A stretch of DNA of 64,000 nt from assembly GCA_038141665.1 (NCBI GenBank), contig JAYQIN010000002.1, positions 336,843-400,842 on the forward strand, in the 5' to 3' direction. The notes under the pieces are model-generated. The model was not told where the DNA came from. It saw nothing but the letters and a program-made list of their open reading frames with translations, and ran no database searches. Made by a program: the position numbers and the translations under genes. Of the stretch, positions 38,268 to 49,469 are shown piece by piece (within the stretch, counting starts at the first letter, position 1; the number at the start of each line of letters is the position of its first letter). This DNA comes from Thiothrix sp. (GTDB lineage Bacteria > Pseudomonadota > Gammaproteobacteria > Poriferisulfidales > GCA-002705445).

Positions 38268-38846
38268 ATGAAATATTTTACCAATTATCTACTTATAATT
38301 TTGTTAAACCTACTAAATATTGGAGTAAACGCAGAAATGACAACGAATACGATAATTTCTATTAAAACAACATCAGGTGATATAAAAATAGAGTTATTTG
38401 ATGACAAAGCGCCAAAAACTTCGCAGAATTTTAAAGAATATATAAAATCAGGTTACTTCAATGACACTATATTTCATAGAGTAATTAAAGATTTTATGAT
38501 TCAAGGAGGAGGTTTTACATTAGATATGCAGCAAAAAGAGACATTGCCTCCTATAGAAAATGAAGCAAATAACATGGTAATGAATGAAAGAGGAACGATT
38601 GCAATGGCTAGAACAAATGATCCTCATTCAGCAAGTGCACAATTCTTTATAAATCTTAAAGATAATAATTTTTTAAATTTTAAAGATGAAACAATTCAAG
38701 GATGGGGTTACTGTGTATTTGGAAAAGTTTTGGAGGGTATGGAAACTGTAGATGAAATTGCCAAAGTAAAAACTGGAAGCTATGGTCCTCACCAGGATGT
38801 ACCGAATGAACCAATTATTATTAAAGAGATTATTATTGAAAAATAA
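38268..38846 (+). CDS. ppiB: Peptidyl-prolyl cis-trans isomerase, cyclophilin type, with a signal peptide (PpiA/PpiB-like)
   Basis: 192 aa with cyclophilin motifs [15 protein letters not shown] and a periplasmic-type N-terminal signal. Adjacent to lpxH as in E. coli. Confidence 0.85.
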   Translation: MKYFTNYLLIILLNLLNIGVNAEMTTNTIISIKTTSGDIKIELFDDKAPKTSQNFKEYIKSGYFNDTIFHRVIKDFMIQGGGFTLDMQQKETLPPIENEANNMVMNERGTIAMARTNDPHSASAQFFINLKDNNFLNFKDETIQGWGYCVFGKVLEGMETVDEIAKVKTGSYGPHQDVPNEPIIIKEIIIEK

Positions 38847-38848
38847 AA

Positions 38849-39568
38849 ATGAAAAATATTTATTTTATTTCAGACATTCATTTAGATCCAAATAATTCAG
38901 AAGTAACAAATAGATTCATAAACTTTATACATAACAAAAGCGCAGACATGAAAGAATTATATATTCTTGGGGATTTATTTGAATTCTGGATAGATGATAA
39001 ATATGATATAACACAAAATAATCTTATTATATCAACACTAAAAAAAATTTCTGAAGATGGAACTAAGATATTTTTAATGCACGGAAATAGAGATTTTCTA
39101 GTTGGAAAAAAATTTACAAAAATGACAAATATCCAAATTCTCCCAGAGAATTTTATTTTAAACATAAATGGGACTAAAATTTTAATCACACATGGCGACC
39201 TTCTGTGCACTGATGATGTTGATTATCAAAAATTTAGAAGATTTATAAGAAATAAATTAACTTTAAAAATTTTTAATTTACTTAGTAACAATATAAAAAT
39301 AAAGATTGCTTCATACTTAAGAGGAAAAAGCAAAGAAATTACTTCACAAAAACCAGAAAACATTATGGATGTTAATCAAGAAGAAGTTTTCAGTTTTTAC
39401 CAAAAATTTAAAACAAATATTATAATACATGGGCATACTCATAGAAAAAACATTCATAAAACTAAAAATAATGGCATTGATTACACAAGATATGTTTTAG
39501 GTGATTGGCATAACGCTCCAAGCTATATTATTTTCAAAAATAATAAAATTCAATTGTGTGATATTTAA
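38849..39568 (+). CDS. lpxH: UDP-2,3-diacylglucosamine diphosphatase
   Basis: 239 aa calcineurin-like metallophosphoesterase (ISDIHLD, ILGDLFEFW, GNRDF motifs). Confidence 0.85.
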   Translation: MKNIYFISDIHLDPNNSEVTNRFINFIHNKSADMKELYILGDLFEFWIDDKYDITQNNLIISTLKKISEDGTKIFLMHGNRDFLVGKKFTKMTNIQILPENFILNINGTKILITHGDLLCTDDVDYQKFRRFIRNKLTLKIFNLLSNNIKIKIASYLRGKSKEITSQKPENIMDVNQEEVFSFYQKFKTNIIIHGHTHRKNIHKTKNNGIDYTRYVLGDWHNAPSYIIFKNNKIQLCDI

Positions 39569-39580
39569 ATTTATTAATAA

Positions 39581-40855
39581 TTATTTTTTAATTGCAAGAA
39601 TTAGATCCATAACATTGGTTCCTGTTGGGCCAGTTGTAACCAAAGAATTTGTTTTTTCATGATAATTTCCAGAATCTGCATTTTTAATAAATTCTTTATG
39701 ATCTAATTTACATTCATTTCCTTTATTAATTGTATTGCCATCAACAATACCGCCAGCATCATTAGTTGGCCCATCTGTTCCGTCTGTGCCTGCAGATAAA
39801 AACACTATGTCTTTGTTTCTAATTTTTTCAGCCATTAATAAAGCAAGTTGTTGATTTCTTCCGCCTCTTCCAGGTTTTTCTGGAAGATTAACAGAACTTT
39901 CACCTCCCCATATGTGTAGACCTTTTTGACAATTTTCTAAATATTCTGAAAAGTAATTAGCCAGACTATTTACATCACCTTCTATAAAATTTTCATTAAG
40001 ATATGTTTCGTAATTGAGTTTTTCCCCATGTGACTTGCAAGCAGATTTTGCATCATCAAGTTTTGCTATTATTTTAGTATTAATATTTGAAAACTTACTT
40101 ATATCTGGGCAGCTGATAGGTCTTATCGATTTTATTTTATAAGTAATATCATCCTCATAATTATCTAAGTTTATCTTAGCATCGTCATATGATAATGGGC
40201 CAGAAGCAATCACCTTTGGATCATCGAAAGGAACATCTGATATTGTTAATACAGTAGTTTTTCTATTTTTTAGAAAACCTGCTAATTTTCCACCCTTTAT
40301 TTGTGAAAAATGTTTTCTAATAGAATTAATATCATTTATATTATATCCTCTTGATAGCAATGCATCAGTAAGATTCATTAATTCTTCAAGACTAAAACCT
40401 TCAACAATATTCTCTACTAAGCTGGAACCGCCGCCAGAAAGAAGAAATAAAAACTCATCATCTGATTCTTTTGAATTGATAAATTTTATTAAATCAGCAC
40501 CACACTCTAAACTGGTTAAAGATGGTGTTGGATGATCAGACTCTAAACATTTAACAGTTTTAGTATACTTTTCGAGCCCAATTTCTAGATGATTTCTTTT
40601 AGTAATCACTAAACCAGATTTAATCTTTATATTAGGATGTTCAAGTGCAGCAAGAGCCATTGAACTTCCAGCTTTCCCTATTGAAACAAGGTTTAAATCT
40701 CCTGTTATTGGGCTTTCATCTAGAAATTTTTTTACTGCATTGTATCCTAAAACTCTATCAACACCTGCTAAAAAAATTTCTATTAAATTATTTTTATCAC
40801 TCATTATTATTTTATTTCGTAATATAGACGATGGATTTATGTATTTCCTTATCAC
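39581..40855 (-). CDS. Glycerate 2-kinase / MOFRL-family glycerate kinase
   Basis: 424 aa. MOFRL domain with the conserved SQIKGGKLAGF motif. The true start is possibly the internal MSDKNN at 40804. Confidence 0.7.
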   Translation of the reverse strand: MIRKYINPSSILRNKIIMSDKNNLIEIFLAGVDRVLGYNAVKKFLDESPITGDLNLVSIGKAGSSMALAALEHPNIKIKSGLVITKRNHLEIGLEKYTKTVKCLESDHPTPSLTSLECGADLIKFINSKESDDEFLFLLSGGGSSLVENIVEGFSLEELMNLTDALLSRGYNINDINSIRKHFSQIKGGKLAGFLKNRKTTVLTISDVPFDDPKVIASGPLSYDDAKINLDNYEDDITYKIKSIRPISCPDISKFSNINTKIIAKLDDAKSACKSHGEKLNYETYLNENFIEGDVNSLANYFSEYLENCQKGLHIWGGESSVNLPEKPGRGGRNQQLALLMAEKIRNKDIVFLSAGTDGTDGPTNDAGGIVDGNTINKGNECKLDHKEFIKNADSGNYHEKTNSLVTTGPTGTNVMDLILAIKK

Positions 40856-41345
40856 ACAACTCTATGATATCACTATTAGACATTCTAATACATCCATGAG
40901 AAGCTTTTTTACCCAATAATCCCTCTTCATTTGTACCATGAATATAAATATATCTAGAGTAACTATCTACATTATTTCCTTTATTTATACCAGCCTCTAG
41001 TCCAGACAACCAAAGAATTCTAGTGCAAATAATATCTTGATTACCTGGTTTTGTTTCTTTAATAATTTCTGCTAAATTTTTAGTATCTACTCTATTTCGA
41101 AAAATACTAAAAATCTCTGCATTATGACCAATGTATTCTTTTATAAAATGCACGCCCAAGGGTGTTTTGTTACTATTTGCCTCTTGGCCCTCTCCAAATT
41201 TTGATGTTGATACTTTATACGTATTAATTATTTTGAAATCTTTAAATAAGGAAAGTATTTGTCTGTTTATATCAACAACAATAAAATAATTATTATTAAT
41301 ATTATTTTGAGCGTAACTTGAATGTATTAATCTTATATCTTCCAT
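40812..41345 (-). CDS. L,D-transpeptidase (YkuD) domain protein
   Basis: 177 aa with the catalytic HGT...SHGCIRM motif. No obvious signal peptide. Confidence 0.65.
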   Translation of the reverse strand: MEDIRLIHSSYAQNNINNNYFIVVDINRQILSLFKDFKIINTYKVSTSKFGEGQEANSNKTPLGVHFIKEYIGHNAEIFSIFRNRVDTKNLAEIIKETKPGNQDIICTRILWLSGLEAGINKGNNVDSYSRYIYIHGTNEEGLLGKKASHGCIRMSNSDIIELCDKEIHKSIVYITK

Positions 41346-41380
41346 TTCTAATTAAAAATACACTTACTAGTTATAAATAA

Positions 41381-42831
41381 TTATGTAGAGTGTCTTTTCT
41401 TTTCTAAATCTTGAAAAAATTTATCATCAACATCGGTTAAATACTCACCTGTAAAAACTGAAGTCTCAAAATTTTTTATATTTTCATTTCCAGCTTGCAC
41501 TGCATACACCAAATCATCAAGATCTTGATATATTAATTTATCAGCCCCAATTTCTTTGCAGACCTCATTTATATTTTTTCCATTAGCTATTAAGTCGTTT
41601 TTGTTTGGCATATCAATACCATAAATATTTGGAAATTTAATTGGTGGAGAAGCAGATGCAAAATATACTTTTTTAGCTCCAGAGTCTCTTGCCATTTGGA
41701 CTATTTCTCTAGACGTCGTTCCTCTTACTATCGAATCATCTACTAAAAGCACATTCTTATTTTTGAATTCAGACACTAATGGATTTAATTTATAACGTAC
41801 AGATTTTTTCTCACAGCCTGGCCTTGCATTATAAAAGTTCTTCCAATATATCTATTCTTAATTAAGCCTTCTCTATAATTTTTATTAAGTCTTATAGCCA
41901 TTTCCAAAGCTGCTGTTCTACTAGTATCTGGTATCGGTATTATTACATCAATATCATTATCTGCCCATTCTCTTAAAATCTTATTAGCAAGCTGTTTACC
42001 CATTCTCATTCTTGCTTCTTGTACATTTACCCCATCAATTATTGAATCAGGCCTTGAGAAATATACATACTCAAATATACAAGGACTTAATTCAAAGCTT
42101 TTTGAATACCTAGAATTAAACATTTCGCCATCTGTGTTTATAAAAACTGATTCTCCAGGATCTAAATCTCTTACAGTTTCATATCCCAATAAATCTAATG
42201 CGACACTCTCTGAAGAAAGTATATAACTATAACCAACAGAGTTTTTTTTCTTTCCGAGAATCAAAGGCCTTATACCATGAATATCTCTAAATGCTACAAG
42301 TCCATATCCAGCAATCAAAGCTACAACAGCATATGCTCCAGAGCATCTGTTGTGAACACCATTAATAGCTTTGAAAATATCTGAAGCTTTAAATGATGAA
42401 GAATTAACATTAATCAATTCATGTGCAAAAATATTTAAAAGAACTTCTGTATCCGATTGAGTATGTATATGCCTTCTATCATTAATTAAAAGCTCTTTTC
42501 TAAGGGATTCTGCATTATCAAGATTTCCATTATGTGCTAGAGCTATACCATAAGGTGAGTTCACATAAAAAGGTTGAGCCTCATCTGTACTATGACTTCC
42601 AGCAGTTGGATAGCGCACATGGCCTATACCTAAATTACCTTTAAGATCCAACATATCATTAACGTCAAAAATATCATTAACGAGACCTTTTGCTTTCTTT
42701 TGATGTAGGTTTTTATCATGACATGTAGCTATTCCTGCTGAGTCTTGGCCTCGGTGCTGCAAAACAGTAAGACCATCAAATAGACTTTGATTTACAGATA
42801 CATCGTCAACTATTCCAATGATTCCACACAT
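41381..42831 (-). pseudogene. purF: Amidophosphoribosyltransferase PurF, split by one frameshift at a homopolymer that is probably a sequencing artefact
   Basis: The N-terminal ORF starts MCGIIGIV (Ntn glutamine amidotransferase) and runs to ...RYIGRTFIMQGQ. The C-terminal ORF (41381-41776) carries the PRTase motif VLLVDDSIVRGTT. The alternative frame reads through as [19 protein letters not shown], which matches E. coli [20 protein letters not shown]. The shift sits at an A6/T6 run near 41805-41810. Confidence 0.85.
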
Positions 42832-43297
42832 AAGGCAATTGTACACCATATTGTAAAAAATAATCTAAAAACAATGAGTTTTTATCTAAATTTAAAAAGT
42901 ATTCCAAAAAACTATAATAATTAGCCAATAATAAAAAAGCAGTAATATAAATAAATCCTTTAAAAAAACCAGCAAAAATGCCTAAGATTTTATTTAATAA
43001 TATGTTTTCTGAAAAAAATGAAAATCCAAATAATATATTTCTCAAGGAATAGTTTATGAATATTGCTATAAAGTATAATACTAAAGCAGAAAAAAAATAA
43101 TAAATGTATTTAGAATAATAATATTTATTTATATCTAATAAATTTCTAGATATTTTCTCAATATCTGAGATAAAAAAATAATAAAGAAATATAAATATAA
43201 AAATATTTATTATAGTTATTGACTCTTTTTTAAATCCTCTAAAAAATCCTAAAAAAGAGAAAATTAAAAGTAATAATAATACTATTAAATCTAGCAT
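42806..43297 (-). CDS. cvpA: Colicin V production protein CvpA
   Basis: 163-aa 4-TM membrane protein upstream of purF, the position cvpA holds in E. coli. Confidence 0.7.
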   Translation of the reverse strand: MLDLIVLLLLLIFSFLGFFRGFKKESITIINIFIFIFLYYFFISDIEKISRNLLDINKYYYSKYIYYFFSALVLYFIAIFINYSLRNILFGFSFFSENILLNKILGIFAGFFKGFIYITAFLLLANYYSFLEYFLNLDKNSLFLDYFLQYGVQLPYVWNHWNS

Positions 43298-43323
43298 ACA
43301 TTATTTTCCATATTAATTATTAA

Positions 43324-43845
43324 TTAATTTTTAAGATTTTGCTCTAAAATATAAGATTCACTAAAATTTTCATTTTTTATAATTTTTGAATAATTCTTTT
43401 TAACATCCTCAATTGAGAAAAAAGGCCCAATATTTACAGAATATAAATTTTTATTATCCTTTTTAGATTTAATTATAAATGATGATTTGTATGTTTTTTC
43501 AAGACTCTTAAGTTGATTCTGAGCGTTGCTTTTTTTTGAGAAAGAACCGACTCTTATAAGCCAAGTTGTTAAGTTAGATTCATTCTTTTTTTTATTATCT
43601 AAATCTTTATAACTTATTATTTTGCTGCTAGATTTTTTTTTAATTTCTTCTATTTTTATTGATTTTTCTTGATTTAACTCCTCCACTTCTTCAGAATATT
43701 TAAATATAATATTTTTTTGTTCTTTTATTTTTTTAAACTTCAGAGTTTTTTGTCCTGAACCTTCAAATAACATTGGGGCTATAATAGCCGCCAGCGCTAT
43801 TAATATTATTACTCCAACAATTCTATTTTTTAAAACTTCATTCAT
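43324..43845 (-). CDS. dedD: SPOR-domain cell-division protein (DedD-like)
   Basis: N-terminal TM anchor and a C-terminal SPOR domain (WLIRVGSFSKKSNAQNQLKSL). It lies between folC and cvpA as in E. coli. Confidence 0.7.
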   Translation of the reverse strand: MNEVLKNRIVGVIILIALAAIIAPMLFEGSGQKTLKFKKIKEQKNIIFKYSEEVEELNQEKSIKIEEIKKKSSSKIISYKDLDNKKKNESNLTTWLIRVGSFSKKSNAQNQLKSLEKTYKSSFIIKSKKDNKNLYSVNIGPFFSIEDVKKNYSKIIKNENFSESYILEQNLKN

Positions 43846-45106
43846 TGTTTATTATATTATTTATTATAGGGGAGACTGTATAGCTCGACCCAAAAACCAC
43901 TATAATATCTTTTTTATCTTTAATATAGTTTCGAGCACCATCGTATGCTTTTTCAATACTATCATATACATTTGCTTTTTCTGTAATGAAAAAGCTATTT
44001 TTTTTGAGAACATTCACATCTAATCCTCGCTCATTTTTACTATTTGAGATATGCCAACTCATAAATTTTCCTTTTAGTATATTTAAAATTTTATCAACAT
44101 CTTTATCCTGTAAAATAGCAAAAACTGCATGCAATCTATTATTAGGATAATATATTTCTAAATTTTCTAATAATTTTTCAACGCTCTGCTCATTATGAGC
44201 AATATCTAATATTGTCATTGGAGAGGTATTTTCTATTTGAAATCTTCCAAGTATAGTAGCTTTTCTCAATCCAAGATTTGTTTTTTCTTTATCTAAAATT
44301 ATCTTTTTACAACAATATATTGCTTGTATTGCTGTAGCTGCATTATTTATCTGAATAATTCCATTGATACCTGGATTATCATATTCGATTTTTACATTAT
44401 CAGAGTTGGAGAATAGCCAATTTTTATCTGATAAAACCTTATATGAGTATTGTTCGTTCAAAATATGCAAATTAGATCCAACTGCTTTTGAGTTTTTCTT
44501 AATTGACATATGTGGAGTATCATAACCAACTATAGTATGTTTGTTTTTTCTCATTATTCCAGATTTTTCATATGCAATTTGCTCAAGGTCATCACCCAAA
44601 ATTGCAGTATGGTCTAAACCTATATTAGTAATAATAGAAATATCAGGATCAATTATATTTACAGCATCAAGTCGTCCACCCAAGCCCACTTCTAAAATAA
44701 CTACATCAAGATCTTTTTTACTAAAAATTAAGAATGCAGCTAGCGTACTATACTCAAAAAAGGTTAATGTTATTTTCCCACGAGCTTCCTCTATAGTCTC
44801 GAATGCAAAACATATTTCTTCTGTGCTAGCTGGAGTCTTGTTGATTTTTATACGTTCATTAAATTTTACAAGATGCGGTGATGTATAGGAGCCAACTTTA
44901 AAATCATTTTCAATTAGAATTGATTCAAGAATTGCAACAGTAGAGCCTTTTCCATTAGTTCCTGCTACAGTAAATACTGCTGATTTAGTTTTATGGATAT
45001 TTAGTTTTTTAGCGACTTGTTTAATTCTGCTAAGATTAAAATCCATATTGGTAGAATGTAAATTACATTGCCATTCTATCCACTCTTCTAAAGTAAAATT
45101 TTTCAA
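43838..45106 (-). CDS. folC: Bifunctional folylpolyglutamate synthase / dihydrofolate synthase
   Basis: 422 aa, Mur-ligase family, with a P-loop (TVAGTNGKGST). Confidence 0.88.
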   Translation of the reverse strand: MKNFTLEEWIEWQCNLHSTNMDFNLSRIKQVAKKLNIHKTKSAVFTVAGTNGKGSTVAILESILIENDFKVGSYTSPHLVKFNERIKINKTPASTEEICFAFETIEEARGKITLTFFEYSTLAAFLIFSKKDLDVVILEVGLGGRLDAVNIIDPDISIITNIGLDHTAILGDDLEQIAYEKSGIMRKNKHTIVGYDTPHMSIKKNSKAVGSNLHILNEQYSYKVLSDKNWLFSNSDNVKIEYDNPGINGIIQINNAATAIQAIYCCKKIILDKEKTNLGLRKATILGRFQIENTSPMTILDIAHNEQSVEKLLENLEIYYPNNRLHAVFAILQDKDVDKILNILKGKFMSWHISNSKNERGLDVNVLKKNSFFITEKANVYDSIEKAYDGARNYIKDKKDIIVVFGSSYTVSPIINNIINNE

Positions 45107-45119
45107 TTTAAATACTTAA

Positions 45120-46004
45120 TTAATTAATGATTATATCTGCTTTTACTGAAGGATTATTTGTTAATGTTTTTATTAAATTTGTTATTTCAACTTTCATATT
45201 TCTTCTATCTATAATCATATCTATAGCACCATGTTCTAATAAAAATTCACTTCTCTGAAAGCCTTCAGGTAAAGTCTCTCTTACTGTTTGCTCTATCACT
45301 CTAGGTCCAGCGAAACCAACAAGTGCTTTCGGTTCTGCGATATTTATATCCCCAATCATAGCTAAACTTGCTGAAACCCCACCCATTGTCGGATCGGTTA
45401 AAACTGAAATAAATGGTATTGCATTTTTTCTCATATCAGAAATTACACTTGAAGTTTTTGACATTTGAAACAATGATACAAGAGATTCTTGCATTCTTGC
45501 ACCTCCGCTGGCGGAAAAACAAATCAGAGGAATTTTTTTTGAAATAGATTCTTTCGCTGCTCTTGTAAATTTCTCTCCAACTACCGAACCCATAGATCCA
45601 CCCATAAATGAGAATTCAAAGGCAGCGGCTATAACTTCTATTCCATTTATTTTTCCTTTCATGACTAACAACGCATCATTTTCATTAGTTTTATTTTTAG
45701 CTTCAGAAATCCTGTCTTTGTATTTTTTACTATCTTTAAACTTTAAAAAATCTTTTGATGATAACTTTGAAAATAATTCTTCCTTGTTGTCCGAGTCAAG
45801 AAAAAGATCTAGTCTATCTCTTGCACTAATTCTCATATGATAACCACAGCTGGAGCAAACATACTTATTTTGAATAATATCTTCTCTATAAAGAACAGTT
45901 TGGCAGCTTGGGCATTTTTCCCAAACGCCTTCTGGTATGACTTTTTTGGTTTTACTTTTATCAACTCTTATCCTCGAGGGCATTAATTTTTCAAACCAAC
46001 TCAT
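45120..46004 (-). CDS. accD: Acetyl-CoA carboxylase carboxyltransferase subunit beta
   Basis: 294 aa with an N-terminal C4 zinc finger (CPSCQ...CSSCGYH) and a carboxyltransferase domain. Confidence 0.92.
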   Translation of the reverse strand: MSWFEKLMPSRIRVDKSKTKKVIPEGVWEKCPSCQTVLYREDIIQNKYVCSSCGYHMRISARDRLDLFLDSDNKEELFSKLSSKDFLKFKDSKKYKDRISEAKNKTNENDALLVMKGKINGIEVIAAAFEFSFMGGSMGSVVGEKFTRAAKESISKKIPLICFSASGGARMQESLVSLFQMSKTSSVISDMRKNAIPFISVLTDPTMGGVSASLAMIGDINIAEPKALVGFAGPRVIEQTVRETLPEGFQRSEFLLEHGAIDMIIDRRNMKVEITNLIKTLTNNPSVKADIIIN

Positions 46005-46828
46005 ATCTTATCTCCAGAAATGATATTTTCATCGAGTTTTAATCTTATTGGATTCATTAAATGCATTATATCATCATTTGTTTTAATATTATTACTCTGT
46101 TCATTCTCGATAATATTTACAATTGCACTTCCAATTACTATAGCATCAGCTTCTTTAGATAGTATTTTTGCAGTTTCTGCATCTTTAATGCCGAACCCTA
46201 CAGCCAAAGGAAGTTTTACATTTTTTTTGATTAGTTTTAATTGTTCATTTGTTTTATCAATATCTAATGAAGATGCTCCAGTCACACCTTTTAAAGAGAC
46301 ATAATACAAAAATCCTGACGCATAATTTACTATTCTTTTAATTCTTTCTACCTTGGTATTTGGTGCAATTAAAAAAATACTTTCAAGATTATATTTTTTA
46401 AATATATTTACTACATCTTCTGCTTCTTCATAAGGAAGATCTACAACTAATATAGCATCTACCCCAACTGAACTTGCAGATTTAGCAAATAAGTCGTAGC
46501 CCATTCTTTCGATTGGATTTAAATAACCCATTAAAACTATTGGGGTTTTAGAATTATTTTCTCTAAATTTCTTTACTAAATTAAAAATATCTGAACAAGA
46601 TGTTTTATTACTCAACGCTCTTTCACATGCTCTTTGAATTGTCGGTCCATCAGCCATTGGATCTGAAAAAGGGACGCCAAGCTCAATAATATCGGTACCG
46701 GAATCCACCAAGGTATTCATTATATCTAAACTACAATCAATTGACGGATCTCCAGCTGTGATATATGAAATTAAGCAGGTTTTTTCACTTTTTTTTAATT
46801 TTTCAAAAGTTTTATTAATTCTACTCAA
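46001..46828 (-). CDS. trpA: Tryptophan synthase alpha chain
   Basis: 275 aa, TrpA TIM-barrel motifs ([15 protein letters not shown]). Confidence 0.9.
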   Translation of the reverse strand: MSRINKTFEKLKKSEKTCLISYITAGDPSIDCSLDIMNTLVDSGTDIIELGVPFSDPMADGPTIQRACERALSNKTSCSDIFNLVKKFRENNSKTPIVLMGYLNPIERMGYDLFAKSASSVGVDAILVVDLPYEEAEDVVNIFKKYNLESIFLIAPNTKVERIKRIVNYASGFLYYVSLKGVTGASSLDIDKTNEQLKLIKKNVKLPLAVGFGIKDAETAKILSKEADAIVIGSAIVNIIENEQSNNIKTNDDIMHLMNPIRLKLDENIISGDKI

Positions 46829-48051
46829 ATCTCTATACCTTCTAATCTAGCAACTGTATTTAAATCTTTATCGCCTCTACCAGATAAATTTATAACTATA
46901 TTTTTACCTTTTTTCATATTAGCAGCAAGTTTAATTGCATACGCAATTGCATGACTTGTTTCCAGAGCTGGTATTATTCCCTCAACTTTTGAAAGCTCAT
47001 GAAAAGCTTCTAATGACTCTTTATCTGTAGCTGATTCATAATTTACTCTGCCTAAATCTTTAAGTAATGCGTGCTCAGGTCCGACACCAGGATAATCTAA
47101 CCCGGCAGAAATACTATGAGTTTCTATTATTTGACCATTTTCATCTTCCAATAAATAAGTCCTGTTGCCATGAAGCACACCAATTTTTCCTCTGTTTAAG
47201 GGTGCAGAATGTTTTTCAGTATCTAAACCATCACCTGCAGCTTCAACACCATACATTTCAGATTCACTATCAATAAAAGGGTAAAAAAGTCCGATAGCAT
47301 TTGATCCTCCACCAACACAAGCTACAAGAGCATCAACTTTTTTATCTATATTTTTCATCTGATCAATAACCTCTCTGCCTATAATAGCTTGAAAATCTCT
47401 AACTAATTCAGGATAAGGAGAAGGTCCGGCAACGGTACCAATAATATAAAAAGTATCATCAACATTAGTAACCCAATCTCTTAAAGCCTCATTTAATGCG
47501 TCTTTGAGTGTCCTTGAGCCTGATGTTACTGGTATAACTTCAGCTCCTAACAATTTCATTCTGTATACATTCTGTGACTGTCTATAAATATCTTGTTCTC
47601 CCATAAAAACAACGCATTCCATGCCAAGTCTTGCGGCAACTGTTGCAGAAGCTACCCCATGCTGCCCAGCCCCAGTTTCGGCGATGATTCTTGTTTTGCC
47701 CATTTTTTTGGCAAGGATCGCTTGTCCAATTGTATTATTTATTTTATGAGCGCCCGTATGACATAAATCTTCTCTTTTGAGAAAAATATTTGCACCGTTT
47801 ATTTTATTTGTTAATCTTTCTGCAAAATATAATGGAGTAGGTCTTCCTACGTAATTTTCGTATTCTGAATAAAGCTCTTTTAAAAAATCTTCATCCTTTT
47901 TTAATTCATGATACATATTTCTTAAATCTGTAAGAGGCTCTATTAAAGTTTCCGCAACAAATGTTCCTCCAAAAACTCCGTAATGCCCATTTTTGTCTGG
48001 ATATCCATATTTAATTAAATTAAAGTCACTTAATTTTTTATTTTGATTCAT
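46825..48051 (-). CDS. trpB: Tryptophan synthase beta chain
   Basis: 408 aa with the PLP-binding region (HTGAHKINN) and a GGGSNAIG loop. Confidence 0.95.
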   Translation of the reverse strand: MNQNKKLSDFNLIKYGYPDKNGHYGVFGGTFVAETLIEPLTDLRNMYHELKKDEDFLKELYSEYENYVGRPTPLYFAERLTNKINGANIFLKREDLCHTGAHKINNTIGQAILAKKMGKTRIIAETGAGQHGVASATVAARLGMECVVFMGEQDIYRQSQNVYRMKLLGAEVIPVTSGSRTLKDALNEALRDWVTNVDDTFYIIGTVAGPSPYPELVRDFQAIIGREVIDQMKNIDKKVDALVACVGGGSNAIGLFYPFIDSESEMYGVEAAGDGLDTEKHSAPLNRGKIGVLHGNRTYLLEDENGQIIETHSISAGLDYPGVGPEHALLKDLGRVNYESATDKESLEAFHELSKVEGIIPALETSHAIAYAIKLAANMKKGKNIVINLSGRGDKDLNTVARLEGIEI

Positions 48052-48668
48052 TTTTTGTTTTTAGCCTTGCATATAAATTTTTTAATTAAACTTAGGTTTT
48101 TTTTACCATCATCTGACTCAACACCACTACTTACATCCACACCATATGGTAAAAATACTTTAATTGCATCCTCTACATTATCACAATTTAATCCTCCAGC
48201 AATCATTATAGGCTTTGCTGTCTCAAATGTAGAGTGAGTCCAATCAAAAGTTTTCCCAGTACCTCCAAGCCCATCATTGCTATGACTATCTATAATAAAA
48301 GCCTTTGCATTAGGGAATTCTTTATCTAAATTATTTAATTGATTGTAAGATGCTGAAATCCCTTTTATATAAGGTAAATTATACTTTATACAATCACTAT
48401 CAATTTCATCGCCATGAAATTGTATTATATCTATATTTAAATTATTTATTACTGATTTTATATGACTTTCTTCATCATTGGAAAATAAAGCAACCACAGA
48501 TGTTTTTTTTCTTAGATCTAACAATATTTTTTTGGCCTGATTTATAGATATACATCTTTTGCTTTTTTTACAAAAAACCAAACCAATGTAATCTGCACCA
48601 TTTTCTTCAGCAACCAATGCTGATTCAGAATCTTTAATGCCGCAAATTTTTACTTTTATATCATTCAT
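48048..48668 (-). CDS. trpF: N-(5'-phosphoribosyl)anthranilate isomerase
   Basis: 206-aa PRAI TIM-barrel ([13 protein letters not shown]). It overlaps trpB by 4 nt. Confidence 0.85.
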   Translation of the reverse strand: MNDIKVKICGIKDSESALVAEENGADYIGLVFCKKSKRCISINQAKKILLDLRKKTSVVALFSNDEESHIKSVINNLNIDIIQFHGDEIDSDCIKYNLPYIKGISASYNQLNNLDKEFPNAKAFIIDSHSNDGLGGTGKTFDWTHSTFETAKPIMIAGGLNCDNVEDAIKVFLPYGVDVSSGVESDDGKKNLSLIKKFICKAKNKK

Positions 48669-48678
48669 AATTTAAGCT

Positions 48679-49461
48679 CTAATTATATCTGGGATAATAA
48701 ATATTATCTCCAAGGTTATGCTTCGATTCATATTCTATTCCAACTAAATATAAGCCTTCTGGAGGAAACTGTTTGCCAGCGAGTTTTCTGTCTTTTGAGT
48801 TGAGTAAATCTTCCATCCATGAAATATCTCTTTCGCCAGATCCCACTAAGACTAGTGAGCCAACAATATTTCTTACCATATTATATAAGAAAGAGTTAGC
48901 ATTTATATCAATATATATATAATCATTTTCTCTTGAAATAACTATATCATTTATCTGTCTAACGGGTGAGTTTGATTGGCAATGTGAAGATCTAAAACAA
49001 GAAAAATCTTTTTTTCCTAAAAGCTTTTTTCCCGCTTCTCCCATCTTTTTTTCATCTAAAATATTTAAAAAATACCAGCCAACTTTATACCTGTTTATGC
49101 ATGGCTTAACTTTATTATTATAAATAATATATCTGTATGATCTGCTTAAAGCCGAAAATCTTGCATGAAAATCACTATTAACAAATTTAACATTTTTTAT
49201 TCTAATATCTTCTGGTAAAAATGAATTTAATCCTAAAAGCCATTTCTCTTTAGGTCTTTCTATAGAAGTTTCAAAATGCGCAACTTGCCCAGTCGCATGA
49301 ACACCAGTATCTGTTCTTCCTGCAACTACTAATTTAATATTTTCTTGTGAAAATTGATATATTGCTTCTTGAATTTTGCCCTGAATAGTATTTGGCTCTT
49401 TTTGCTCCTGCCATCCGTGATAATTTTTTCCATCATACTCGATAGATAATAAAATTTTCAT
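48679..49461 (-). CDS. truA: tRNA pseudouridine(38-40) synthase
   Basis: 260 aa with the TruA catalytic Asp region (AGRTDTGVHATGQV). Confidence 0.9.
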   Translation of the reverse strand: MKILLSIEYDGKNYHGWQEQKEPNTIQGKIQEAIYQFSQENIKLVVAGRTDTGVHATGQVAHFETSIERPKEKWLLGLNSFLPEDIRIKNVKFVNSDFHARFSALSRSYRYIIYNNKVKPCINRYKVGWYFLNILDEKKMGEAGKKLLGKKDFSCFRSSHCQSNSPVRQINDIVISRENDYIYIDINANSFLYNMVRNIVGSLVLVGSGERDISWMEDLLNSKDRKLAGKQFPPEGLYLVGIEYESKHNLGDNIYYPRYN

Positions 49462-49469
49462 GAAATTTT

